A DNA stretch of 61,883 nt from Chiloscyllium plagiosum (Eukaryota). Below, in pieces: positions 25,941 through 38,872 of the stretch (position 1 is the stretch's first letter; every line of letters begins with the position of its first letter). Below the pieces are notes generated by a model. It had not been told where the DNA came from, made no database searches, and saw nothing but the letters and a program-made list of their open reading frames with translations. Location of the stretch: assembly GCF_004010195.1 (NCBI RefSeq), contig NC_057750.1:4326759-4388641 (forward strand). Direction: 5' to 3'. Position numbers and translations under genes: made by a program.

Positions 25941-27094
25941 CCATATGGAAACACCATCCCATCCAAAGTTCCCTTCCAAGCCACTCACCATCCTGACTGT
26001 GGAAATATATCGCCGTTCCTTCAGTGTCGCTGGGTCGGAATCCTGGGAATTCCCTCCCCAAAGGCATTGTGGGTCAATCTACAGCCCATGGACTGCAGCG
26101 GGTTGAAGAAGGCAGCTCACCGCTGCTTTCTCAAAGGGTAATAAGTGCTGGCCCAATCTGTGATGCCCACATCCTGTGAGTGAATAATGGCTTTCTCTTC
26201 CAGCCATGCATTCTGGGATTGGTTGACAGTGGCTCTATTCTCTTGGTAACCGGGAGGTTAAGTGATCCAATCAGGTTTTCTTTTGAACTGAACCTGTCGC
26301 TAGGTGAAACTATTCCTCACATGTCCTGATTTGTAGGCACAGACATTGCATTCCCTTCAACGGTCCAAACGGAAGTGGAAAAGACAGTTGAGATCCCTTA
26401 CGAATTAATGCAAATAGAGTTTAGGTTGCACCTTGTAAAGGGCACCCCCACTTACCCCTCTCTTACTGAGGGCACAATGACAGGCAACATGAAGTTTCCC
26501 ACTGGTTTTGCATTAATTAAAGATCTAAATTGCGTTGCCAGTGAGCGCAAAATAACGTTTAGAGACCACTCCAACATCTAGGAATCAGTGGAAGCTTTTC
26601 ACTCCATTTCTGACACATTATCTCCGTGACAAACGTGAAATAAATCACACAGGGACCCATCTCATTCAAGTACAGTCACAGTTTATTGATTAGGAATGGC
26701 AAACAGGAAACTTCCACCTTGTGAATGTCGACTGGCTCTGGTTGTCCCAATACCAGTTCTCCCTGAATAAATCTTTCTACCAAATCCCATTGAACAGAGC
26801 AGATTGGGAACCCATTGATTCGTGAATCAACATCTCGTTCTTGACGAAATCAGGTTCAAACATCCAGCCTGCGCGGGAAGCTGTTAAACATGATAAAATC
26901 CTCCGTTATAACAGTGACTACACTTCACAGGGATTTCATCAGCTGTAAAGAGTTCAGGGATGCTCTGAGGTTGTGGGAAATGTTACAGAAACCAGGTGTG
27001 ACCTTTGACTCTTTCTCGCTTTCTCTGCCTGGCTTCTGAAACACTGCCTGATCCAGTGTTCTCCACACTGCAGAGAGTCAGCCAGTGTACAAAC

Positions 27095-27492
27095 CACACA
27101 CAGAAATCACTTCAAACAGGTATATGCTCACTCTCACATTCACACACTCACTCATGACATGCCCACTCCTGTGTGTACATATACCCACCGGCAAACACAA
27201 ACACTTGTAATAACATACACACACACTTTACATATTGGATATGCAGATACCACATACATACACATTATATGTGCACTTGCACATATGAATATTCATTACA
27301 TGTGTACTTGTACACATACACACACAATTACACAACCCTGGTAGATTCACACACCCACTGATTTATACAAACACACTTCATGCATATACATACCGACTCA
27401 CACACTCACGCACATGTAAATACACTGATTTACATGCAAACTTGCACACAGATATCCTCAGACACGCACATATGCTCACTTACTCACATGCA
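27095..27492. repeat. Degenerate (CA/CATA)n low-complexity tract
   Basis: cacacactca...tacatacaca; similar tract at 9700-9850. Confidence 0.8.
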
Positions 27493-28823
27493 ATTATAAT
27501 AGCCATATTCCTGTTACCATTCCTTCTAAATTACTTCAATCCTCAAACATTCGTTACGTGAAAGTAACAGCCAAGGAGCGATGTCTCTGTAACTTGTGTC
27601 TGGACCTTGGACACTGACTAGGCATACATTGTCAACTTCTAACTTTCTTAGCACCACGATGAACATTGGCAGGAAGAATAGAGGAGCTGAATATTATTTA
27701 AATGGCAGAAAGACTGCAGGAAGCAGCAGGCCAGAGGGATTTAGGGGTCCTTGTACATAAATCACAGAAAGCTAGCATCCAAGTTGAGAGGGGGTGGGGG
27801 GGGGGGGGGGGGGGGTGGAATAGAGGAGGCAAATGTACCACTGGCCTTTATTTCAAAATATAAAAAGAAAGGATTTGCTAAAACCATAGAAGGCACTAGT
27901 TAGACCGCATCTAGAATATTGTCAACAGTTTTGATCCCTTTATCTGAGAAGAGATATCCTGACTTTGGAGGCAGTCCAGCTGATAATGGATATCAAGGGA
28001 CTGTTTTATGAGGCAACATGAAGTAGTTTAGGCCTGTACACATTGGACTTTTGAAATATGAGAGGCAACTTTATTGAAACATAGAAGATTCTTGCGAGTT
28101 CTGAAGGAGAGTCACCAAAATTGAAACATTAACTTTGCTTTCTTCCCACAGATGCTGCCAGACCTTCTGAGGTTTGCCAGTAATTTCTGGTTTTTTTTTT
28201 CATTCATTCATGGGATGAAGCCATCACCGGCTAGGCCAGCATTTACTGCCCAGGGGGCAGTTAACAGTCAACCACATAGCTGTGGGACTGGAGTCCCATG
28301 TAGACCAGGTTTTGTTTCGGATCGCCAACCTCTGTACCTCTTTGTTTTAAAATTCTTAAGGGGCTTGACAGATTAGATGTGGAGAGGTTATTTCCCCTTG
28401 TTGGAGTGTCAAGGACCAGAGGGTAACATCTCAGAATAAGGGGTCATGGTAGGGGGGTAATACAGAGATGAGGAAGCATGTCCTTTCTTGAAGGGTAGTG
28501 TATCTGTCCAATATTTTACCGCAGAGTGCTTTGGGAGTGGGTCATTAAATATACTCAAGGTTGACAGAGACAGATTTTTAATTATCAAGTGGCAAATGGA
28601 ATTTAATCCTAAAATGTATGAGATGATGGATTTCAGGAGGACTAAAAGGCAAAAGAGTACACAGGGAATGCTCTGACCCTGTGAAGTACAGCGGATCAGA
28701 TTGTCCTTGATGTGCATGTCGGAGTCCAGTCATTGAATACAAGGAGGTCATGATGGAGCTCTGTGCAACATTAGTTAGGCCACACCTGGAGTACTGTGTG
28801 TGGTCACCACACTATAGGAAGGA

Positions 28824-29097
28824 TTTGACTGCACCGGAGAGCTGCAGAGATGTTTGACTGCACTGGAGAGCTGCAGAGGTGTTTGACTGCACTGGAGAGC
28901 TGCAGAGATGTTTGACTGCACTGGAGAGCTGCAGAGGTGTTTGACTGCACTGGAGAGCTGCAGAGGTGTTTGACTGCACTGAAAGGCTGCAGAGGTGTTT
29001 GACTGCACTGGAGAGCTGCAGAGGTGTTTGACTGCACTGGAGAGCTGCAGCTGGAGAGCTGCAGAGGTGTTTGACTGCACTGGAGAGCTGCAGAGGT
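28824..29097. repeat. 29-bp minisatellite (about 9 copies) inside a CR1-like fragment
   Basis: Unit tttgactgcactggagagctgcagaggtg; LINE sequence continues on both sides. Confidence 0.93.
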
Positions 29098-31016
29098 GAC
29101 TCACCAGGATGTTGTCTGGGCTGGAGCGATTCAGCGATGAAGAGAAGCTAGACAGGTCGGGGTTTGCTTTCCTGAGAGCTGAGGGGGGGGGGGGGGTCTG
29201 ATTGAGTTCTGAGGGGTGTGGACAACGTAGGTAGGGAGATGCATCAATAACCAGACAGCACAGTTTTAAAACAGGGAGCAGGACGTTTAGAGGGAATTCG
29301 AGGAAAATATTTTTCACCGCAAAGGTGATGGAGATGTGAAACTCCCTGCCTGAAAGGGTGGTAGAGGCAGGAACCCTCAAGACATGTGAAAAGTAGATTT
29401 AGATTTACATGGACACTTGAAACGCTGGAGCATGCAAGACTACAGGCCAAGTTCTAGAAATGGGATTAAAGCTGGTGGACGTTTGCTGACTGGCGTGGAT
29501 AAGGTGGGCTGAAGGAGCGAGTCCCATGCTGCAAATCTCCAAGACTTGGAGAGAATCAAGGGCTATGGGCAAAAAGCAGGAAAATATAGATGCTTCCTAA
29601 ATCAGCCACAAGCTTATCAAATGGCAAAACAGCCTCAATGGGCTGAATGGCCTACTTCTGTTTGTATGTTTTATGGTCGTATGATCCCAGTTCATGAAGT
29701 AGATACCAGAGAGACACTATTAAATCCATCAGACACAGGCCATTTGGCCCATCTGCATCATGCCTGTAATTCTTCTTCCACCCCTTTGTCATCTCACCCC
29801 ATCTCTTCTGTCCCTTCCTCCCTCAAGTTTTCCCTTAAAAATGCCGACACGATTCACCTTGACCACTGGCTGTGGGAGGAATCTCCGCATTCCCACCCAC
29901 CCCTGGGACAAAGAACAGCAACATCTGAAAGAAAGTGTCTGTATTTCTTGGAATGTCCTTTTGTCGATCCATCTCTTGAGAGAGATTTTTTCTCCACTGC
30001 ACCACAGAAAGGTCATGACAAGGAAACACTTCCTGAAATTCTCCTTGACCTCCAGCTTGTGTTTCCAATGATTTTAGTACCTTTGTTACATCATAGAAAT
30101 TAGGAGCAGGAAAAGGCCATTCAGCCCTTCTATCCTGCTGCCCCATTCAATATGATCTCAGTTGATTCTCTATCTCAATGCCATTTTCCCACTTTCTCCC
30201 TATGTCCCATGGTGTCTTTAATATCTAAAAAAAACAATCTTTTTCTTGAATATATTCAGTGTTCCAGCCTTTCTGTGGCAGAGAATTCCACAGGTTGACT
30301 AGCCTCTGAGTAAAGAAATGTTTCTTCATCTTAGTCCTAAGTGGTCTACTCAGTATCCTGAGGCTACGTTCCTGTTCTAGACTCCATCACCAGGGAAACA
30401 TCCTTCCTGCATCTAGTCTGTCCAGTCCTGTGAGAATTTCATACATTTCCATCAGTTTTTCCCCCCCCCATATCCTTATCCTTCTCAACCCCATGCAGGC
30501 AGGCAGTTTGGAAAATACCTCTCCATCTCAGTAGCAGTTCCAACACACTCAAAAAGCTCAACTCCATGACAAAGTAGCCCACTTGGTTGCCATCACATCC
30601 ACCATCTTCAACATTCGTTCCATCCATCATTAGTGCTCAGTGACAGTAGGGTGCGCCATCTACAAGATGCACTGCACAACCTCACCCAAGCTCCTTAGAC
30701 GGCACCTTCAAAATCCAAGACCATTTCCATCTAGAAGGACAAGGGCAGCAGACACATGGAGGAGAGTTTGCAGGGGCTGGTGTTCCCAAGCCACCCACCA
30801 CCCTGACTTGGAAATAAATCACTGTTCTTTCAGTGTCGCTGGGTCAATGTCCTGGAATTCCCCCCTCTAAAGGCATTGGGGGTCAACCTACAGCACATAG
30901 ACTGCAGCGGTTCAAAAGGGCAGCTCACCCCCCCACCTTCTCAAGGGGCAGTAGGGATGAGCAATAAATGCTGAACCAGACAATAATGCCCACATCCTGA
31001 GTATAAATAAACAAAA

Positions 31017-31221
31017 CTGAAAATGTGTTGCTGGAAAAGCGCAGCAGGTCAGGCAGCATCTAAGGAGGAGAATCGACGTTTCGGGCATAAGCCCTTCTTC
31101 AGGAAGGCTTATGCCCGAAACGTCGATTCTCCTGCTCCTTGGATGCTGCCTGACCTGCTGCGCTTTTCCAGCAACACATTTTCAGCTCTGATCTCCAGCA
31201 TCTGCAGTCCTCACTTTCTCC
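31017..31221 (+). mobile_element. Palindromic Penelope-derived insertion (family A) with TSD
   Basis: tataaataaac at 31002-31012 and 31222-31232; intact hammerhead core on the minus strand at 31075-31102. Confidence 0.8.
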
Positions 31222-34200
31222 TATAAATAAACTAAGAAAGGTCAACACCACAAAGAGAATGATCTGAAGAAAATTACACAAAAGTCACATCGTCAGCTAT
31301 AGAATCCTTTGAAAATGAATAAATGAGAAAGGATGACATTAACATCGGAACACCTCAAGAATGATCATTACTGCCTCTTCCACTGCTAATGTGTCGAAAC
31401 TGCAATCGGAAAGTTCTAGAACAGCAGGATTTTATTTCTTGTTGCTGCAGGGATGGTTTTGTGGGAAGTCAAATCTGTAAGCAGCCTGCTCCATTTGCAG
31501 CAATGTGTAGTGTCATTTGCATTCAGTATCAGAAAGGCGGGAGCGATCTCTCTCTCTTGGGAAAAAAAATCTCGTAGGCTCTTAAATCGAATCGAGACAA
31601 ACAAAGAAACGAGAGGGGTCTGTAATCAGCCCAGAGCTCTCCGTGGTTAGATAAGATTTTGGATGTCTTATTAAAGGCTAAGGGAATTCCTCCTCGTTAT
31701 ATTTGAAAGGGGCTGCATAAATGAGGATTGTTCTGGAAGGCATGCACTGAATATTATTTCTCTTCACTCTCCCCCTCACCCTCTGCTGAGAATTCTGCAA
31801 GAGCATTTTGACAGGAAACCATTAAACAGGCCTCCCCCTCTAATTGAAACTATCAAATGCACTGAGAAATATTAAGCCTAGGGCCTTCACTTATATTTTT
31901 TTCAGGGAGCAAGACGAGTGGGTTGCCATGCCAACCCAATAACCAAGGCAACAAAGCAATCCAATTTCTTTTTCTGTCTCTCTCTCTCTCTCTCTTTAAA
32001 CAGATGAGGGAGAAGAGGAGAATACCCACCCCGACCCAAGAGATCCCTCCACCTCCTCCCAGCCTCGTGGTCATTGGCAGATCTGCCTCAGCCTTCAACT
32101 CCCAGCCACGCTCTGGGGACCACTGCCCCAAGCCCTTGCCCCAATGCCAGGTACACTCGCACCAGCTCATGGCTTTGCCTTCCTTGAAAGATCTGCATTT
32201 TGATGGCGCGTCCACAACCTCATGCCCTTTTGTTTTGTAACCAATGAGGAGGTCATAGATTCCCTACAGTGTGGAAGCAGGCCATTCATCCCATCACGTC
32301 CACAATGGCCCTCCAAAGAACATCCCACCCAAACCTGCCCACCTACCTTATCCCTACATTTCCAATGGCTAATCCACCTAGCCTGCCCATCCCTGGACAC
32401 TATGGGCAACTTGGCATTGCCCATCCACCCTAACCTGCACATCTTTGGACTGTGGGAGGAAACTGGAGCACCCGGAAGAAACCCACTCAGACAGTCACCT
32501 GTGGCTGGAATTAAATTCAGTGCTAACCACTCATCCCTGTAACCTCGGTTTGTAGGGAATGTGACAGCCAGTTATCGCACAGCAAGCTCCCATGGACATG
32601 GCAGAGAATTGGTTTCCTTTTCGAGTGTAGGTGGCTGAGGGATAAATGTTTAAGACGGATGTTTGGCTGGGGTGGAAAGGGTGTGTATGTGGGAGAGTGA
32701 GCCTTCTCTGCGTTTATCGCAATCCTGTTATAGGGTCTTTTACATCTATCTTGTGTAGGTAGCCTCTGTCTGAAATACAGCATGAACTGGAAGTATTTCA
32801 TTCGGTGTGAAACATTTTGAGAAGCCCCGAGGTTGTGGAAGGTGCTATAGAAATGCAGGTTCATTTGTCAGACAAGGAAATTGCTTTCCCTTCCTTCTCC
32901 ACTCTCCGTCACCGAGAGTGAGGGGTCCGCCTATGCACAGTCACACTCCAGCTAAATCCATGCAGGGATATGCAGGGCTGTAGATGCTGTCACTCTCTAT
33001 CCTGCTCCTTCCTCCACTCATTCTCACCTTTCGTTCTTTCAGTGTCACCGGGTCAAAGTCCTGGAATTCCCCTCCCAAGGACTTTGAGGGTCAACCCTCA
33101 ACAGCACATAGATTGCAGCGGTTCAAGAAGGCAGCTCACCCCCCCACCTTCTCCTGGGGCCAAGCCACTGCTTCAGGTGCATCGTAAGTGAAGGTGCAAG
33201 TTTGTGGTGAATTTATATAGCGCCCTTAATCTCCTTCATCCAGGGTCTTAACAAACAAACAAACACTGAGATTGAGGCACAGAAGATGATATTGAGGCTG
33301 GTGCTTGGTCAAAGAGGGAGGTTTGAAGGAGTGTTTTGATGGAAGAGAGAGAGGCAGGCAGGCAAGAAATAACAGAAGGCCACTTGACACCTCTCTGCCA
33401 TTATTTAAGATTATGGCTGATCTGATTTTAACCTCAACTCTACATTCCTCCTCAGCTTTGATAATCTTTCATCCCCTTGTGCCATCAATAAAACTGAGTC
33501 TGGGTGGGATGCTCTTCGGAGGGTTGATGGGCTGAATGGCCTCGTTCCACAAAGTCGCAATTCCGAGTCACGCCAACACCGTGTGACTTCCTGCGCTGGC
33601 TGAGGACTCTCCTTCTCAACTTTTTGCCCTTGCCTGAGGCACGGTGATAATCAGGGTTAAACCATCCCCAGTCATCTCTCTCTCTAACGAGAGAGCAGCC
33701 TTATGATCCAGTCCGACTATGGTGATTTAATTAGCCTGAAAAATTTTAAAGATTCTGCATCCACCACCTTTTCAGGAAGGGAATTCCAAAAACTCCCAAC
33801 CCTCTGTGGAGAAACCCAATGTTTCCTCATCTCGGTTTAAATATGCAACCCCTTATTTTTAAACTATGACCCCCGAGTTTCTCCAATAAGAGGAAACATC
33901 TTCTCCACATCCACCTGGTCCAGTCGCTCAGGATTGTATAGGTTTCAATTAAATCACCTCTGACACTTCTAAACTCCAGAGGGTACACAGATTTAGGGAT
34001 TGGTGCATGGCCTGGTTGAAAGACTGTTGGGATCTTTGATAGAGTTTTTCACATCCAGTCCTGTCAGTCTGTTAAACAGCTCAAGGAGCGGCCACTCTCT
34101 CATGATGTCCTCCAGGAGACTGCTTGAAGATATAAAGGCAATTTTCCACATTGTCACTGCGTCAAGTGATCCTGCCCTCCCCCTTAACAAGCCAACATAG

Positions 34201-35699
34201 TACATTGGAACGCCAACCACACGGGATAGCCAGCTCTGCTCTCCTCCAAACTCACTGAATCATACAATCCCTACAGTGTGGAAAGAGGCCATTCGGCCCA
34301 TGCAGTCGACACCGTCCCTGCAAAGACCTACACCCCACTGTATTCCCGTAACTGCACATTTCCCATGACTAAGCTCCCCCCAGCCTGCACATCTCTAGAC
34401 ACTGCAGGACAATCTCCCATGGCCAATCCTCATAATCGGCACATCTTTGCATTGAGGGAGGAAATCCATCCAGGCATGAGGAGAATGTGCAAACTTTTTT
34501 TTTATTTCAAAAATATACTTTATTCATAAAATATTTTGATGATCTGTACAATTGGTCATTCCATACATACGTAAACATTCCATTTCTTGGCATACAGAGA
34601 CAGAGTAATCATTTATATATACAGGTCTGTACGATTACTATCCACATATTTAGCAGGGGGGGGAATGGGCAAACTCTACACAGACAGTCGCCCGAGGCTG
34701 GATATGAACCGGGGTCCCTTGCACTGTGAGGCAGTAGTGAGCCCCCTTTAATTCCCGGTAACTAGCTTAATCGTCAACTATTGGTGGGGCACCATCAACC
34801 GGGACAAGCTGACCTTGGCCCAAATCGGTCACCCTTGCTCCGATCAGGATTCCCTCTCCCCATCCCTCTGGAAAGAACCTTCGCAGGAGGTCATTATCTC
34901 ACAGTGCCGACCCCCATTGTGGGGGTCACAGGGGAAACACGAGGGAGGGAATGGCTTAGTCCTACTATCACTAGATTATTCATCCAGAAAGGCAGGTGAG
35001 ATCTTGGGGACCCAGTTTAAATCCTGCCGATAGCAGGTACTGGAATTTCAGTCCAATAGAAATCTTGAATGAAGTCTCTAATGATGACCGTGTTCACTAA
35101 TGTCCTTTAGGGACATTATTAATACCCAATTAATACCCAATCTGGTGTACACGTGACTCCAGACCCGCAGCAAAAGGGTCGACTCTTAACTGCTTCTTTG
35201 GGCAATTAAGGATGGGCGATGACACCCTCACTATGTGAATTAATTTCAAGAAAAACCTTCCACAAAGTCATGTTCCCTATCTGCTGCTGGCAAATCCCAC
35301 GCTCAGTATCACAGCTCAATGGCAAAGTCTGTGCAACCCATCAAAGTTGTTAGATGCCCAAACAATTATGGGCACTTTGTCATTTTAAATCTCTTTGACA
35401 GTAAAATTCTATCATTAAGAAATACAGAGGGAATCTTGGAAAAGTTTTCCTTGCTGGTTCCCTCTTTCTTCCTGCAACTTACGAAGGTGAAAGCTCTTTT
35501 TTGAAAGTCCACAGCCCCCTCGGGAGCCAGATTCCCATTCAGCAGATCATGGGTTTGCTGCAGCTGTCTGCAGGCAATTTGCCCACTGGGGGCTTCACAT
35601 TCAATAGTGAATGTCAACTCGGCTGATCTTCTGCTTTGCCAAACTGGTGACAGATTTCTATTGCCCTCAACCCTGCTCTGCCCAGTACCCTGGGCCCTG

Positions 35700-36050
35700 A
35701 CAGCACTGTGACTCAGTGGTTAGCACTACTGCCTCACAGCGCCAGAGACCCGGGTTCAATTCCAGCCTCGGGTGACTGTCTGTGTGGAGTTTGCACATCC
35801 TCCCAGTGTCTGCGTGGGTTTCCTCCGGGTGCTCCGGTTTCCTCCCACAGTCCAAAGATGTGCAGGTTAGGGTGGATTGGCCATACTGAATTGTCCTGTA
35901 GTGTGCAGGGACATGTAGATTTAGTGGATCAGTCACGGGGAATGTGGGGTTATAGGATGTGGGAGTGGGTGTGGGTCAAATGCTCTTCAGAGAGTCAATG
36001 CAAACTTGATAGGCTGAATGGCCTCTATCTGCATTGTAGTGATTTAATGC
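35700..36050 (+). mobile_element. HE1-like SINE
   Basis: A/B boxes and conserved core. Further copies at about 3480-3625(-), 13802-14090(+), 18133-18295(-), 32255-32530(-), 34257-34740(-) and 46665-46945(-). Confidence 0.8.
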
Positions 36051-36329
36051 TGCCATGACACTTTATCTGGGGGCTTTGGAAATGATTACATGGAGGCAAT
36101 CCTAATCTCCCAGGGAATGGGTAGAGATCAAAGGGAATCAAGGGGTATTGTTGAGACAGTAGAGTTAATGATTACCAAGCCAGGATATCATTAAATTGTA
36201 CGACACCCTCGATGGGCCAAAAGGCTTACTTCTGTTTCTATGCTCTTATCAAAACTCCCCAATTAGAGTCCAGCCTGCAATTTTCATTTGAACAGTAGCA
36301 CAACACAGGGCCACTCACCTCCTGACCTC

Positions 36330-37735
36330 ATTACATCCTTGGTTCAATAATGGACAACAGAGCTGATTTCAAGACAGAGGCAAGAGTGACATCAAGACTG
36401 CACTTGACTGAGTGTAGCATCAAGAGCCCTAGCAAAATGGGAATCAGGGGAAGACGTTTTGCTGGTTTGAACCACACCTGGCACAAAGGAGGTCATGGTG
36501 TTGGAGGTCAGTCATCTCATCTCCATAACATCTCTGCGGGAGTTCCTCAGGGTAGTATCCCAGGCCCAACCATCAGCTGCCTCATCAATGACATTCCCTC
36601 CATCATGAGGCCAGAATTTTGGAAGTTCACTGATGATTTCACAGTGTTCAGCACCATTCACAGCTCCTCAGATACTGAAGCAGTCCATGTTCAAATTCAA
36701 CAAGATCTGGACAATTTCCAGGCTGGGGCTGACAAGTGGCAAGTAACATTAACATCACACAAATGTCAGGTTAATGATCATCCCTAATAACAGACAATCT
36801 AACCACTGCCCCTTGATAGTCAATGGTGTCACCATCACTGTACCTCCCACTATCAATATCCTTGACCAGAAACTCAACTGGACTCGCCATGTAAATACTG
36901 TGGCTACAAGAGCAGGTCAGAGGCTAGGAATACTGCAGCGAGTAACCCACCTCCTGACTCCCTAAAGACTATTCACCATCCACAAAACACAAGTGTGATG
37001 GAATATTCCCCACTGGTCTGGATGGTTTCAGCTCCAAGAACACTCAAGAAGCTTGACACCATCCAGGATAAAGTAGTCCTTTTGACTGGCACCACTTCCA
37101 CAAGCATCCACTCCTTCCAAATTCTTCCTACTCATGTACCCATCCAGATGCCAATGTTGTAATTGTACCAGCCTCCACCACTTCTTCTGGCAGCTCATTC
37201 CATACATGCACCATCCTCTGTGTGAAAACGTTTCCCCTCAGGTCCCTTTTAAATCTTTCCCTCTCACTTAAACCTATGATCTCCAGTTTGGACTCCCCCA
37301 CCCAGGGAAAAACACCTTGGCTATTGACCCTATCCATGCCCCTCATGATTTTCAACATTAGTGCTTAGTAGCAGCAGTGTGTACTATCTACAGGATGCAC
37401 TGCAGAAATCCAACAAAGATCATCAGACAGCACCTTCCAAACCCATGACCAATTCCACCTAGAAGGACAAGGACAGCACATACATGGGAACACCACCACC
37501 TTCAAGTTCTCCTTCAAGTTACTTGCTGTCCTGAGTTGGAAATTTTTGACCATTCCTTCAGTGTCACTGGGTCAAAGTTCTGGAATTCCCTCCCTAACGA
37601 CATTGTGGGTCAACCTGCAGCACATGGACTGCAGCAGTTCAAGACAGCAGCTCACCCCCACCCTCTCAAGGGGAAACAAGGACAGGTAATAAATGTTGAC
37701 CAGTTAGAGATGTCCCCAACCCATGAGTAAATAGG
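36330..37735 (+). mobile_element. LINE RT/3' fragment interrupted by an inverted CR1 piece (about 37125-37355)
   Basis: RT motifs SAGVPQGS and FTDD (degenerate YADD/FADD) in ORF 36350-36787; frameshifted. Confidence 0.8.
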
Positions 37736-37777
37736 AAAAACAGAAGATAGAGGATGGATGGATGGAGACAGAGACAC

Positions 37778-37810
<33 letters not shown>

Positions 37811-38325
37811 CTCATTGCTCTTGGGACACCTGATGGCCAGAGCATAGAACTCTTTGTAACAGTTGACATAGAAAATCAAGTGGGGAAAGGTAATGATAAA
37901 GGGAAGCATAAAAGACGGTTTCTTAACAATTTGAACTTGAAGCCTTGTATGGCAGCATCTAAATAGTAGTGGAGCTGTTTTCAAATGGTTTGTGTGACTA
38001 GTTTCCGGAACAGAATCTGATCCAAGGAATGCATGGCTGTATCTGGTATGTAATGCAAGGGGTGACTCACCTCTCCCCCTGTTGGTTGCTTAGCCAGGAT
38101 TAGAAGGCACAAATAACCAATAATATGGAGTGCCAGGCTGTCACTTTATGACCCATTGAGATTCCAATGAACATAGATTAAACCAAGAGATTAAATATAG
38201 GGAGAAAACAGCTTCACCCATGTGGCTGCGTTGTTTTCATTTAGGCTTTTGAAAATTGACTCAGTCAACAAGTCTGTCACAGTGAGAAACTATTCACAAT
38301 TCAATTGTCTAAATTACTCACTTAC

Positions 38326-38337
38326 CTTGGATAATTC
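38326..38337 (-). CDS. DPF1: Candidate 12-nt DPF1 microexon
   Basis: tgtgtctctttgctttgatttcaagcag|GAATTATCCAAG|gtaagt: pyrimidine tract with TGC, consensus donor, frame-preserving, no stop codon. Confidence 0.55.
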
Positions 38338-38872
38338 CTGCTTGAAATCAAAGCAAAGAGACACACAAGTGGTTTATCATCCACATTCTGTAATCCTCTT
38401 AATAGTACTGCACTGACACACAATTCAGCACTAATATGGTACTCTGCGAGATAACTAACATCTTTCACATAAAAGCTTTCATGGATTCCTGACCTAAGCA
38501 TTTTCAAGAGGACTGTAATGTTTGCATTGTCTCAAAACAGATGGCACGAGGTCAAGTGAAGTACTGTCATTTGTTTTTTTCAATTTGTATAATCTTACTT
38601 CTTAATAAATGGCAATCTGTAGCTTTTAGCCTGAACTATGCAACCTGCTAGTGTCACAATCTCTGTGAGTTAGAGAGGTCATGAATGGATGGAATGATCA
38701 CACCCTGCCTCCCAGTGTATATTTTCACCACTTCACCACGAAAGCGTTCACTGATGACCCGCTACCCTCAGTAATTTTGACAACAGGTTAAGGAAGGAGG
38801 AGGCAGGTGCTAGTTAGTGAAGGCTGGTGTTTCTGCAGCACAATAAAAGGTGTCATTTGTTCTTCTGCTTAC

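Noticed and set aside
36350..36787. Active reverse transcriptase gene
   Set aside because: Short, frameshifted LINE remnant with a degenerate catalytic motif.
38599..38616. Additional 18-nt microexon candidate (cag|ATTGCC...AAGAA|gtaaga)
   Set aside because: The donor is plausible but the acceptor has no pyrimidine tract; too weak to call.
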